A stretch of 64,000 nucleotides of DNA from Gemmatimonadota bacterium (GCA_040904885.1 JBBDSN010000188.1:17812-81811); one strand, 5' to 3'. Positions 39,509-48,688 are shown, numbered from the stretch's first letter. Notes: generated from the letters alone by a model not told the origin. Made by a program: numbers and translations.

Positions 39509-39817
39509 TCAGATGAGCGAGCGCGCTACCAGTGCGACGATGGCGATCCCCACCAGCGTCAAGAAATTCAGCGTCAGCACGAGAGGTCCGAGCTCGAACG
39601 CCACCGCGATCAGATCGACGGAAAGCGGTCCCGCCGAAGCGTTCACCGACGTCAGCACGAAGTCGCGTGCGACACTGTCGGGAAGCATTTCGGCGAACTT
39701 CGATAGCAGGCCCCCGAGGAAAAAACCAAGAATCAGAGTCCAGGTAATCCGGACGGCGGCACGCCGCCGCGAGTCAACGAGCATACCACCACCGTGGGAG
39801 GCGAGTTCCTTTTGCAA
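39509..39817 (-). CDS. small membrane protein, DUF4321-like
   Basis: Two hydrophobic segments. The C-terminal pattern (LSVDLIAVAFELGPLVLTLNFLTLVGIAIVALV) resembles DUF4321 proteins. The start may be the internal Met at 39784. Confidence 0.5.
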   Translation of the reverse strand: MQKELASHGGGMLVDSRRRAAVRITWTLILGFFLGGLLSKFAEMLPDSVARDFVLTSVNASAGPLSVDLIAVAFELGPLVLTLNFLTLVGIAIVALVARSLI

Positions 39818-39844
39818 CCATTCGGCCGATCACTGAAATCGATC

Positions 39845-40840
39845 TCATCTGCGCCGATCGACGGCATATGAGACGGACGCCTCGAGTGCGGCTGCCGACG
39901 GCCCCTCCGGCAACGCTTCGAGCGCTTCCCGGGCGAGATCCGCGTAGTGGGCCGCGCGGACCTGAGCATAGTCGAGACCGCCCCGTCCGACGACGATCTC
40001 CACGATGCGGGCGATCTCCTCGTCGCTCGGGTCGACCCGGGTGAAGAACCGCCGGATCTCCCGCTCCTCCGCGTCCGACGCGCCGCGTAAAGCGCCCACC
40101 AGGGGGAGCGTCACCTTCCGCTCCCGAAGATCGTGCCCCGTGGGCTTGCCGGTGACCTCCTCGGTCCCCGTGTAATCGAGCAGGTCGTCGGCGATCTGGA
40201 ACGCCATCCCGAGGTTGTGCCCGTACCGCGCGAGCGGCTCGCGGAAGGACGGCGCCCCGGACAGCGCACCCATCTCGCACGCCGCCGACATGAGGGACGC
40301 GGTCTTGGCCGCGATCAGCCGATAGTAATCGTCCTCGGAGAAATCGAGCGCGTCGTAGGAGGTGAGCTGGCGCATCTCTCCGACCGACATCTCGTTGGCC
40401 GCCTTCGCGAGCACCGCCAGCGCGTCGAGGTTCCCGACCCGCGCCAGCTCGGAGACGCCGCGCGAGTACAGGTAGTCACCCATGATGACCGCCACCTGAT
40501 GCGTCCACAGGGCGTTCACCGTCGGGAGTCCCCTGCGGAGCACGGAGTGGTCGACGGCGTCGTCGTGGACCAGTGTCGCCAGATGCACGAGCTCGACGAC
40601 CGCGGCGAGCGTCAGAGCGTCGTCTCCCTCCCGGCCATCGACGGAGTCCGAGAGCAGGAGCAGCGTGGGCCGGAAGAGCTTGCCCTGCATGAAGAGCAGA
40701 TGTTCGTTGACGTCCTCGATCATCTCGAAGTCCGACAGCACGATACGGCGGATCTCGCCCGCCACCTGGTCCAGCTGCGCGCGGACCGGAGCCTGAATGT
40801 CGGCGAGCCTCGGCGGAACGCTGTTCGACGCCCGGCTCAC
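39845..40840 (-). CDS. trans-polyprenyl diphosphate synthase; chain length cannot be determined
   Basis: First Asp-rich motif LVHDDAVDHS and second motif FQIADDLLDY. GTG start chosen just downstream of the stop of the preceding TPR gene. Confidence 0.85.
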   Translation of the reverse strand: MSRASNSVPPRLADIQAPVRAQLDQVAGEIRRIVLSDFEMIEDVNEHLLFMQGKLFRPTLLLLSDSVDGREGDDALTLAAVVELVHLATLVHDDAVDHSVLRRGLPTVNALWTHQVAVIMGDYLYSRGVSELARVGNLDALAVLAKAANEMSVGEMRQLTSYDALDFSEDDYYRLIAAKTASLMSAACEMGALSGAPSFREPLARYGHNLGMAFQIADDLLDYTGTEEVTGKPTGHDLRERKVTLPLVGALRGASDAEEREIRRFFTRVDPSDEEIARIVEIVVGRGGLDYAQVRAAHYADLAREALEALPEGPSAAALEASVSYAVDRRR

Positions 40841-40853
40841 CGGCGTGTCGGTG

Positions 40854-42422
40854 TCAACGGAGGGCACGAAGGCGCTCCGTGACGTCCGCAAAGTTGATGT
40901 CCAGCGAGAAGACGCGGTCGTAGAACTCCACGGCCGATGCGTTGCGCCCGAGGTGCTCGTAGGCGCGCGCGAGATAGTAGTAGATGCCCACGAGATCGTC
41001 TTCAACCTTCGTAGGGGCCTTGAGGGCCCGCTCGAGCGACTTCACGGCCGCTTCGTGCTTGCCCATCTCGAGAAACGTCTGGCCCATCAGCTCGTAGGTC
41101 GGCAGGTGATCCACGGATGCCCGCAGCGCCGCCTGGAACTCGGAGATCGCCTCGTCGAGGAGCCCCATCTCCTTGTAGGCGGTTCCCAGGTCGTGATGGG
41201 CCATCACGTCGCCGGCGTCGAGGTTCTCGGACACCTTCTCCTTGAACTGCGAAAGCATCTTCTGGAAGTCCGCCGTCTCGTCGCCCGAAGGCTCTTGGTA
41301 CGCGACCCGGAACCGCGTGTCCTTCGGCTCGTCGAGCTCGTCCCCGAAGATCATCGATCCGAGATCGACGTAGTCGGTGGCTGCCGGCTCGGGCTCCCGG
41401 GTGGCTGCCGGCTCGGCCTGCTCGTCGTCTTCATCCACCTCCACCTCGAGGCGGAACTCCCCCGGCTCGTCCAAGGACGCTTCGGCAAGCTCCTCTTCCT
41501 CTTCCTCTTCCTCTTCCTCGAACCCGATGAACGGAAGCTCGACGGCCTCCTCGTCCGCCATCTCGCTCTCGTCCTCGTCGAAATCGGACGTACCCGACAC
41601 GAGGGGAAGATCAGGACCGTCTTCGTCGTCGTCCTTGTCGCCCTCCAGCACGAGCTCCTCTTCGAGTGCTCCCTCCGTCGGCGTGGCTTCCGCAGGCGCG
41701 TCGGCGAAGTCCGTCTCGATGTCGGTCTCGGATGCCGTTTCCAGCCCGGACCCGTACTCGAAGCCGCCGTCGTCCAAGGACGCGCCGATCTCGTCCTCGA
41801 GCAGCGCGTCGAAGTCGATGTCGGGGTCGAGCTCCATGAGTCGGCGCTCCAGGCCGAACGCGCGGTCGTCCTGACCCTTCTGCTTCAGGATCCGGTACGC
41901 GATGGAGAGCTGGGTCACCGCGTCCTCGGACCGCTCGTTCGCGAGCATCTGGTCGGCGACGGCGACCCGGACGTCCACCTCCTCCGGCACGAGATCGGCG
42001 AACTCCACGAGGGCGCGGAACGACTCGTCCAAGTCGCCCTCGGCCTGCATGAGCTCGGCATACGTGAGGAAGTTCGTGCGCGCGTCCGGCACGAAGCCCT
42101 GCTCCGCCCGGATCTGGCCCATCGTGAGATAGACCTTCTGCCGGGCCGGCACGTGCCGGATGATTTTCTTGCAGACGGCAATCGCGTTGTTCGGCAGGTA
42201 GGCTTCACGATACAACTCGACGGCGCGCTCGTAGTGCTCGAGGGCGCGCTCGTAGTTCCCGACGCGCACGTAGAGGTCGCCGACCCGGTTGTAGAGGGCG
42301 ATATCCGGCTGGTCGTCCTCGGCCAGCTCGGCGATCGCCTTGCCGTATTGATCCAAGGCCTTCTGCCACTCGTCCTGCTGTTCGTGGCGTCTGGCCTGTG
42401 TTTTGAGCGACTCGATGCTCAT
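40854..42422 (-). CDS. cytoplasmic TPR protein with a approx 185-aa hyper-acidic central linker
   Basis: TPR-like helices at both ends (LYNRVGDLYVRVGNYERALEHYERAVELY; AISEFQAAL...YYYLARAYEHLGRNASAVEFYDRV). The central region, aa approx 199-385, is dominated by D/E and includes a run of ten Glu. No signal peptide. Confidence 0.75.
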   Translation of the reverse strand: MSIESLKTQARRHEQQDEWQKALDQYGKAIAELAEDDQPDIALYNRVGDLYVRVGNYERALEHYERAVELYREAYLPNNAIAVCKKIIRHVPARQKVYLTMGQIRAEQGFVPDARTNFLTYAELMQAEGDLDESFRALVEFADLVPEEVDVRVAVADQMLANERSEDAVTQLSIAYRILKQKGQDDRAFGLERRLMELDPDIDFDALLEDEIGASLDDGGFEYGSGLETASETDIETDFADAPAEATPTEGALEEELVLEGDKDDDEDGPDLPLVSGTSDFDEDESEMADEEAVELPFIGFEEEEEEEEEELAEASLDEPGEFRLEVEVDEDDEQAEPAATREPEPAATDYVDLGSMIFGDELDEPKDTRFRVAYQEPSGDETADFQKMLSQFKEKVSENLDAGDVMAHHDLGTAYKEMGLLDEAISEFQAALRASVDHLPTYELMGQTFLEMGKHEAAVKSLERALKAPTKVEDDLVGIYYYLARAYEHLGRNASAVEFYDRVFSLDINFADVTERLRALR

Positions 42423-43363
42423 TCAGTGCCGTCCGAGGTATCCGTGCTCCCGCGCGCGCGCCGGACGACATGCTCCGCCACGCGGCTGGATAGGACCCGG
42501 GCGGGTCCCAGGTCAGGAAGGTGTAATCTGCCCTCCGGGGGCGGAAACACAAGGGTATCGGGCATCATCCCGATGATCTCCGTGTCCTCGATGGCGCCGC
42601 CCCGTGCTTCGATCTGGTCCCGAATGGCGGTAAGCACATCGAGCGGCGAGGTCGTCACGGGATCCTCCAGGTTCATGGACACCTGCAGGCGTCCGGAACC
42701 CGCGAGGCGGAGCCCCAGCGCCCTGAGGCCCACGAAGCCTCCACCGCGCTCACGGATCGCTGCCGCGACCTCGCGTACGTCGTCGAGCCCGACGCCCCTG
42801 ACGAATACGTTCCAGGCCAGCAGCACGGGGCGTGCGCCGACGCAGGTGACCCCGGCGGTCGGGTGGGGCGCGGAAGCATGGGCCGGGAGATCCGGAGGCC
42901 GGTCCGGAGGGAAGCCGTCCCAGAGCGCCTCGACCCCACCCCGGCGCAGCTCGGCGAGCCCCCGGCCGGGTGGAGAGGAGGCTTGGGCGTAGAAATAGAT
43001 CGGCACGCCGAGCTCCTCGGCAATGCGGCCGCCGACCCGGTGGGCCGACGCGACGGCCGCGTCCATGTCCAAGTCGTGAACCGGCACGAACGGCAACACG
43101 TCCAGCGCCCCGACTCGCGGGTGGATGCCCTGGTGCTCGCGTAGGTCGATGTGCTCCAGCGCGAAGCGCGCGACGGTGAAAGCGGCTTCTTCGACGGCAG
43201 GCGGATCGCCGATGAAGGTCAGCACCGAACGATGGTGATCGGCGTCGGAGGAAAAGTCGAGCACGTCGACCCCGATCGACCCGACCAACTCCGCGAGCCG
43301 GCGGATCTTGGACGGGTCACGCCCCTCGGAGATGTTCGGCACAGCTTCGAGAACGGGGATCAT
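42419..43363 (-). CDS. ftcD: glutamate formimidoyltransferase
   Basis: LEAVPNISEGRD N-terminus, HHRSV.TF.G, size 314 aa (transferase domain only, no cyclodeaminase domain). Confidence 0.85.
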   Translation of the reverse strand: MIPVLEAVPNISEGRDPSKIRRLAELVGSIGVDVLDFSSDADHHRSVLTFIGDPPAVEEAAFTVARFALEHIDLREHQGIHPRVGALDVLPFVPVHDLDMDAAVASAHRVGGRIAEELGVPIYFYAQASSPPGRGLAELRRGGVEALWDGFPPDRPPDLPAHASAPHPTAGVTCVGARPVLLAWNVFVRGVGLDDVREVAAAIRERGGGFVGLRALGLRLAGSGRLQVSMNLEDPVTTSPLDVLTAIRDQIEARGGAIEDTEIIGMMPDTLVFPPPEGRLHLPDLGPARVLSSRVAEHVVRRARGSTDTSDGTE

Positions 43364-43391
43364 GCACGGGAAGATAACGAAGCCCGCTGCT

Positions 43392-43409
43392 CAGTTACCG
43401 CGGTAACTG
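43392..43409. promoter_or_regulatory. perfect 18-bp palindrome CAGTTACCGCGGTAACTG, candidate operator
   Basis: Read directly. It lies 29 nt upstream of the ftcD start codon, in a 154-nt intergenic region. Confidence 0.4.
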
Positions 43410-43450
43410 GTGGCTGGGCCCAGTCGCGCGCCCTCAGCACGCGTCCTGGG

Positions 43451-43517
43451 CCCGCCGGCTCAGCGACCCATCCGGCTCAGCGGCCCGCCCCGCTCCGCAC
43501 CCCGCCGGCTCAGCGAC
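43451..43517. repeat. direct repeats: 17-mer CCCGCCGGCTCAGCGAC twice (43451-43467 and 43501-43517) plus the core CCGGCTCAGCG once (43472-43482)
   Basis: Read directly. The last copy abuts the stop codon of the upstream lipoprotein gene. Confidence 0.7.
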
Positions 43518-44660
43518 TCAGGGCCCGTTGGGCGCCAGCTCTGGGTTCCCTGCCTGGAGCTGGTAGGCCCAGTCGAAGATCACGATCCCGTCGCCGTTCT
43601 GATCGAAGCCCTGCATGACCACCCGGACCGCCCCGTAGTGGATCTCGCCGTCGTCGCCGAAGACGCGCAGGTGATAGGTGTGCTCGGGCACGAGCTCGAC
43701 CGGCGCGTCCGTGTAGCTCACCAGGCTCGTAGGCGCGAGCGTCGCGTCCACGCAATCGATGTCGGCGGCCACGCCGCACTTGAGCGCCGTGGTGAAACCG
43801 GCGTCCCGCACCCGGGTCTCCTGCGCCGGCGTCAGCGTCGGCCGCAGCCACCAGATGCCGTCGACGTCCCGCTCGACGCTGAAGTGCGCGTCGGCGTCGT
43901 CGCCGTCTAAGACGAGACGATCCGCCTCGCTCTCCTGGAACCGGAAGCCGGACCCGCCGGGCACGTCGAAGTAGTCGTAGAGCAGCTCACCGGTGAAGTC
44001 CACCCGCGGCGTCCCCGCTGCCAGCTGGCTGCCGGTGCTCTCGTGCCCGTCCACGTCCACCGACGTCACGAAGTACTCGTACGTCATCCCGTTGCCCGCG
44101 AGCAGGTCGAGGAAGCCTTCGGAGTCGGTCTCGCCGAGCAGGTAGTCGGTCCCGTCCGGCGCGGCCTGGTAGACCCGGTAGAACGAGAAGTCGGACGCGC
44201 CACGCGCGGCGTCGCCCCACACGATGTAGTTCGCGTTGTCGAGCGCGATCACGCGGGTCTGGTTCGGCACCGGAGGCGCGGTCCGCAACGGCGCGAACAC
44301 CTCGACGGTGAAGTCGGACGGGGTCTCGAGCCCCAAAGCGGGATCCCAGGCGGCGACGTAGTACTCGTACGTGACGTCTTCCTGGATGTTGGTGTCCGAA
44401 TAGGAACACACGCCTCCGGTGCAGCTCGTCACCTCGGCGATGAGAAAGTAGTCGGCGTCGCTGAGCCGGCGTCCGTACACGCGAAAGGACTCCCCGTCCC
44501 ACCCGGAAGCGAGCTCCCAGGTCAAGGTGATCGCCCCGGCGTAGTACGAGCCCTCGAGCCCCACTGGAGGGGCCGGATCGTCGAGCACCACCGTCGAATC
44601 GTTGTTGCACGCGGCCACGCCGAACATGGCCAGAAGTGCCGCAAACACCACACGTCTCAT
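43518..44660 (-). CDS. lipoprotein with two fibronectin-type-III-like modules and an uncharacterised C-terminal domain
   Basis: Lipobox LAMFGVAAC. Two modules each end in YEYYV / YEYFVTSVDVDGHES, the typical FN3 C-terminal strand. GGAGAGG Shine-Dalgarno sequence before ATG 44660. Confidence 0.65.
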   Translation of the reverse strand: MRRVVFAALLAMFGVAACNNDSTVVLDDPAPPVGLEGSYYAGAITLTWELASGWDGESFRVYGRRLSDADYFLIAEVTSCTGGVCSYSDTNIQEDVTYEYYVAAWDPALGLETPSDFTVEVFAPLRTAPPVPNQTRVIALDNANYIVWGDAARGASDFSFYRVYQAAPDGTDYLLGETDSEGFLDLLAGNGMTYEYFVTSVDVDGHESTGSQLAAGTPRVDFTGELLYDYFDVPGGSGFRFQESEADRLVLDGDDADAHFSVERDVDGIWWLRPTLTPAQETRVRDAGFTTALKCGVAADIDCVDATLAPTSLVSYTDAPVELVPEHTYHLRVFGDDGEIHYGAVRVVMQGFDQNGDGIVIFDWAYQLQAGNPELAPNGP

Positions 44661-44783
44661 GGTTCCTCTCCTCGGTCGGGCCCCGGCGTGTCCGCGGCCG
44701 TCTTCATGGCGATTCCAGAAGCAGGGCGCGTGCCGCAACGCCACCCCCCTGTCGCACAACATTTTAAGTGGCTCCGCCAGCGG

Positions 44784-44834
44784 GTGTGCGTCCTCCCTGA
44801 GGGACACGGGTCGGACGCTCAGAAGGACGCACAC
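44784..44834 (-). other. 11-bp inverted repeat (GTGTGCGTCCT ... AGGACGCACAC) with a 29-nt loop, between lptD and the lipoprotein gene
   Basis: Read directly. No U-tract follows it on the minus strand, so a terminator role is uncertain. Confidence 0.3.
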
Positions 44835-44875
44835 CGGAGCGCGCCCCTCGACCGCATCGACCGGCGATCAGCGCA

Positions 44876-47812
44876 TCAACTCGGTCCCTGGCCCGGAACG
44901 GCCACATCGAGGTTTCGTTGGCGGTAGTCGAACTTCAGGTCCCGGTTGTCCGTCAGAGCCACCTCGAAACGGAAGCTCCAGTTTCCGGTCACGGTCTGGA
45001 TGAAGTCGAAATGGGCCTGCCAGCGGTGCAGGTCCCGCGTCAGCCGGATGACGTGGTCGTTGAACGCGCTCGCTTCGAGGTCGTACGCAGTCCGCCAGCT
45101 CAGGTCCCAGTTCTCGGTCGGTCGCACCCGCAACGTGCCACTGATCATGCGGCTCAAAAGGTCCGGATTGCCCCTGGGCCGCCGCAGCGAAAACTGGAGG
45201 CTGGCGTTCCACTCTCCGATGCCGGAGCTCGCACCCTGGCGCCCGGCCGTCTGGTTGCCGGACGTGCCGTCACGTCCGGGAATGATCGAGCCCTGGTCGA
45301 GAACGTCTTCGTCCGCGAACGGATCTTCGAGATCTTCGTCCAACGGCTCCTCTTCGTCGGCGTCGTCCGCCCCGTCGCCACCGAAACCGAGCAACCGGAA
45401 GATCCCCGACCGGGAGCTGAGTGAGAAGCCGAGGTTGAGCGACGCCAGATGGGGCCGGAAGCGCCGCTCGACCAGTGCCCCGTCGACGAGTGAATCGGCG
45501 AACAGGTCGTGGCTCATCGAGACCGAGAGGCCCCGCAGGTAATCGGAGTTGATCTGGTTCCGCAGCTGCACCGTCTCGAAGCCCGCCAGGAACTGACCGA
45601 CCGAGTCCGCTTCCACGAAGTCGTAACGCACGGCGCTGGTCGTCAGGCCGAGCAGCGTCGTGACCGGTGGGCGCTCGATGCGCCGGGGAGCGCCCGCCTC
45701 CTGCTCCTCGTCCTGAGGGGTGAGGTCGGAGATCGAGGCCGAATCGGCGCTGGGAGGCGGCATCACGTCCGCGCCGACCGAGGCGGTGTCTTCTTCACTC
45801 TGCCGGCGGCGTGCCTCGAACGTCTGGTTGATCGTGACCTGGACCACGTTCTTCGGCTGGATGCCACGTGAGCCGAACACCTGCCGCTGCAGCTCGGACG
45901 GCGTCGCCTCGGGTGTCCAGGCGTAGGTCACGGACGGTGTGAGCTTGTGCCGGATCGCGTCGAACGGGCCCACGCCCGGGAAGAACCCGTAGATGTCGCT
46001 CTTCAGCGTCGCCCCGAACGACACCCGGGCCGGAGCCGAGACGAAGTCGGCCGCCAGACTCGAGGTATCGGCCCGGAAAAGGTCACCCGAGAACGAGATG
46101 TCCGGCGTGATCGTGGTCGAACCGACGAGGGGCTGCTGGTACCGCACCGACGTCCGCCAGCTGATCGTGGCCTGGGCGATGTCCTGCGCGGGCGAGGTCA
46201 CGAGCAGCTCGCCGGGGTCCGGCGGGTTGTCCGGATCGGCCGGCAGGAGCGCGTTGGGGACACCGAGCGTGAGCGATTCCTGGAAGCGCAAGGAAGGGCT
46301 CACGCTCAGCTTGCCGAGGCCGAGCGTCGTCGAAGCGTTCGCGGATCGCCGCTCCGTGTCGGCCAGCCCGTAGGTGAAGGTGTCCGGCGCGGCCTGGAGC
46401 CGGTCGACGGTGGAGCGGGAAAACCCGGTGGTCGCGCTCCACGTCATGTTGTTCCAGAAGCGGGCTTCGGTCACCGGCGCCTGGAAGAGCGTCCTCGAGG
46501 TGAACGAGAGGTTCGTCTGAGGAAGCGTCCACTCCACGCGATCGTCGGACAGGTACTGGTTCCGCGTCGCGTTCACCGAGAGGTTGCCCCAGTCGAAGCG
46601 CCGGCTCATGCCTCCGTTCGACGTGATGGACTGTGTGACCTCCCGTGTGTCGAACGAGAACTCGCGCACGAAGTCGCTGTTGGCGTACTGCGCCGCGATG
46701 TTCAGACGCGTCCGCTCGTCGGGCTGCCAATCGTGGTTCGAGTCGAACGCGAACCTCCTCGATCCATCCGCGCCCCAATAGCGTGTGACGTTCGCCCCGC
46801 CGTTCAGGAAGTGGCGGTTCAATCGGTACTGGAACGCCGTTCTGGCGCTGACGAACGCATCGCTGAACCAGTCGAAGGCGACCACCGCGTCGGTGTAGTC
46901 GCTCATCGCCCAATAGAACCCGAGATTGCTGATCCGCCGCCGGTATCCTCTCGACGTCCGCACGATATCGTTGATGCTGAAGCTGGGGGTGAGCAGACCC
47001 GACGCCCTTCCCTGCTCCAGGTCCTGGGCGATGAAGGGCAGCCACGCCACCGGCACGTCGGCGAAGTAGAGCCGGACGCCGCGCGCCACCAGAATGCGCC
47101 CCCCCACGACCTTGACCTGGTCCGACTCGAAGTGGTAGTGGGGCTCGTCCAGGTCGCACGACGTGAAGCGCGCGTGCGACATGAAGGTCGAGTCCTGTCC
47201 CGCCCACGGCATGTCGCCGGTCATGAACCACTGCGTGCCGCCCTCGCTGAACTCGGTGCGCGCCCCCGTCGCCGAGCCACGGGCCTGGCCCAGGTCGTAG
47301 ATCATGTTGGCCGCGTCCACCGGATCGTTGTCCGGCGGCGTGAAGGTGGCCATCCCGACCGTGCGCATGAGCCCGGTGGACTCGTCGAAGGTGATGGACG
47401 AGTCCGCCTCGACCTCGATGCCCTCCCGGCTCACCTTCGCCCGACCTTCCGCGGGCGCGCGCAGCACGAGGATCCGCTCCTGCGCGGTGAAGTCCGCGCC
47501 GGCTCCCTCGTAGCGCGTGAGGGTGAAGCCCGGCATCGAGGAGAGGGCGGTCACGACCGAGTCGGGGCCGCCCGCCACGCCCGGCCGGACCCCGGCCGCC
47601 GCTTCCGCCAAACGGATCGAGTCCTCCTGGAAGAGCACGCTGTCGGCGCCGACCGGACGGGCCAGGCGCCGGAGACGCTCCCGGATGCGCTCCTGCACCG
47701 AGTCGGGCTGGGGCGGCTCCTGCGCCGCCACTTCGCCGGGCAGGCACGCGGCGGCGACGAGCGCCCAACCGAGCGCTACGCCCCGCACGCGTGCCGCGGC
47801 CCGTGAAGTCAT
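44876..47812 (-). CDS. lptD: LptD/OstA-like LPS-assembly outer-membrane protein
   Basis: Signal peptide. OstA-like N-terminal beta-jellyroll pattern (ILVLRAPAEGRAKVSREGIEVEADSITFDE...). FTSCDLDEPHYHF...VAWLPF motif region typical of LptD. Large beta-rich C-terminus. Length 978 aa. Confidence 0.65.
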   Translation of the reverse strand: MTSRAAARVRGVALGWALVAAACLPGEVAAQEPPQPDSVQERIRERLRRLARPVGADSVLFQEDSIRLAEAAAGVRPGVAGGPDSVVTALSSMPGFTLTRYEGAGADFTAQERILVLRAPAEGRAKVSREGIEVEADSSITFDESTGLMRTVGMATFTPPDNDPVDAANMIYDLGQARGSATGARTEFSEGGTQWFMTGDMPWAGQDSTFMSHARFTSCDLDEPHYHFESDQVKVVGGRILVARGVRLYFADVPVAWLPFIAQDLEQGRASGLLTPSFSINDIVRTSRGYRRRISNLGFYWAMSDYTDAVVAFDWFSDAFVSARTAFQYRLNRHFLNGGANVTRYWGADGSRRFAFDSNHDWQPDERTRLNIAAQYANSDFVREFSFDTREVTQSITSNGGMSRRFDWGNLSVNATRNQYLSDDRVEWTLPQTNLSFTSRTLFQAPVTEARFWNNMTWSATTGFSRSTVDRLQAAPDTFTYGLADTERRSANASTTLGLGKLSVSPSLRFQESLTLGVPNALLPADPDNPPDPGELLVTSPAQDIAQATISWRTSVRYQQPLVGSTTITPDISFSGDLFRADTSSLAADFVSAPARVSFGATLKSDIYGFFPGVGPFDAIRHKLTPSVTYAWTPEATPSELQRQVFGSRGIQPKNVVQVTINQTFEARRRQSEEDTASVGADVMPPPSADSASISDLTPQDEEQEAGAPRRIERPPVTTLLGLTTSAVRYDFVEADSVGQFLAGFETVQLRNQINSDYLRGLSVSMSHDLFADSLVDGALVERRFRPHLASLNLGFSLSSRSGIFRLLGFGGDGADDADEEEPLDEDLEDPFADEDVLDQGSIIPGRDGTSGNQTAGRQGASSGIGEWNASLQFSLRRPRGNPDLLSRMISGTLRVRPTENWDLSWRTAYDLEASAFNDHVIRLTRDLHRWQAHFDFIQTVTGNWSFRFEVALTDNRDLKFDYRQRNLDVAVPGQGPS

Positions 47813-48660
47813 GACTCCTCCGAGGAATCCTCTCGCTGGACCGCGCCCACGGGAGGCTCCTTCACGGACTCGTAGCGCTTGCGGTCCGCCTCTTCCTGCT
47901 CTGCCTCTCGCTTACGCCGGCCGCGGTAGATCAACATCGACATGAAGATGCCGAGCTCGTAGAGAAGGACCAGCGGCAACATCATCATGAAGGTGAGCGT
48001 GATCGCATCGCCTGGCGTGATGAAGCTCGCCAGGATCGTGATCCCCACGATGGCGTGCCTTCGCTTCTCCCGCAGAAACTCGGGCGTGACCAACCCCATC
48101 GCGCTCAGGATCACGATCACGATCGGGAGCTCGAACACCGCGCCGAACGCGAGGAGCAGCTTCACCACGAAACCGAGCGTCTGGTTGATCTCGAGCTGGC
48201 CTTCGAGCGACTCCGTCATGAAGCCCTGGAAGAAGCGCAACGTCATCGGCAGCGCGGCGAAATAGGCCAGCGCCACCCCCGCGCAGAACAGCACCAGGCC
48301 GAGGTACAGCGACGGCAGGATCGCCCGCTTTTCACGCTTCTCCAGCGCGGGGGACAGGAAGGCCCAGACGTTGTAGACCAGGATCGGGAAGGCCACGATG
48401 ATCCCGATGTAGATCGCCAGGCGGATCGTCACGAAGAACGGATCCGCCGGCGAAAGGTAGATCAGCTTGAGCGACGGATCTTCCCGCGCCGCTCGCACCG
48501 GTACCATCAACAGCTCCAGCACCTCGTAGTACACGACGAGCCCGAACCCGATGCCGGTGCCCACGATGACCGCGATGAGCGATCCCAGGATGCGCCAACG
48601 AAGCTCTTCCAGGTGATCCAGGAAGGGCATCTCGCCCCGATGGTTACGGTGGCGTTTCAC
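47809..48660 (-). CDS. tatC: twin-arginine translocase subunit TatC
   Basis: MPFLDHLEELRWRI plus six TM segments (FLSPALEKREK...). The start may be the Met 30 nt downstream. Confidence 0.92.
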   Translation of the reverse strand: MKRHRNHRGEMPFLDHLEELRWRILGSLIAVIVGTGIGFGLVVYYEVLELLMVPVRAAREDPSLKLIYLSPADPFFVTIRLAIYIGIIVAFPILVYNVWAFLSPALEKREKRAILPSLYLGLVLFCAGVALAYFAALPMTLRFFQGFMTESLEGQLEINQTLGFVVKLLLAFGAVFELPIVIVILSAMGLVTPEFLREKRRHAIVGITILASFITPGDAITLTFMMMLPLVLLYELGIFMSMLIYRGRRKREAEQEEADRKRYESVKEPPVGAVQREDSSEES

Positions 48661-48688
48661 GGGCGGGCTCCAGACGGTTTCGACACGG

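Noticed and set aside
40797-42992. 731-aa plus-strand ORF antisense to the acidic TPR gene and ftcD. Similar cases: 10098..11894, 10934..12211, 17672..19399 and 20024..21433.
   Set aside because: Each is antisense to a gene with strong family motifs. The compositions are typical of GC-rich antisense frames, and no Shine-Dalgarno sequence or independent support exists.
43364-43517. I considered a folate/THF-type riboswitch upstream of ftcD, because the enzyme uses tetrahydrofolate.
   Set aside because: I cannot recognise the conserved THF-riboswitch core by eye, and the region is dominated by simple repeats and one palindrome. An Infernal scan would be needed, so I make no claim.
44661-44834. 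58-aa N-terminal extension of the FN3-like lipoprotein ORF (MCVLLSV...).
   Set aside because: The signal peptide and lipobox begin at the internal Met (44660), which has a GGAGAGG Shine-Dalgarno sequence. The extension covers an inverted repeat and has poor coding character.
45947-47806. 619-aa plus-strand ORF antisense to lptD.
   Set aside because: It is in register with the lptD codons (offset 1071 nt from the lptD stop). Arg/Gly/Val-rich product with no motifs. Shadow ORF.
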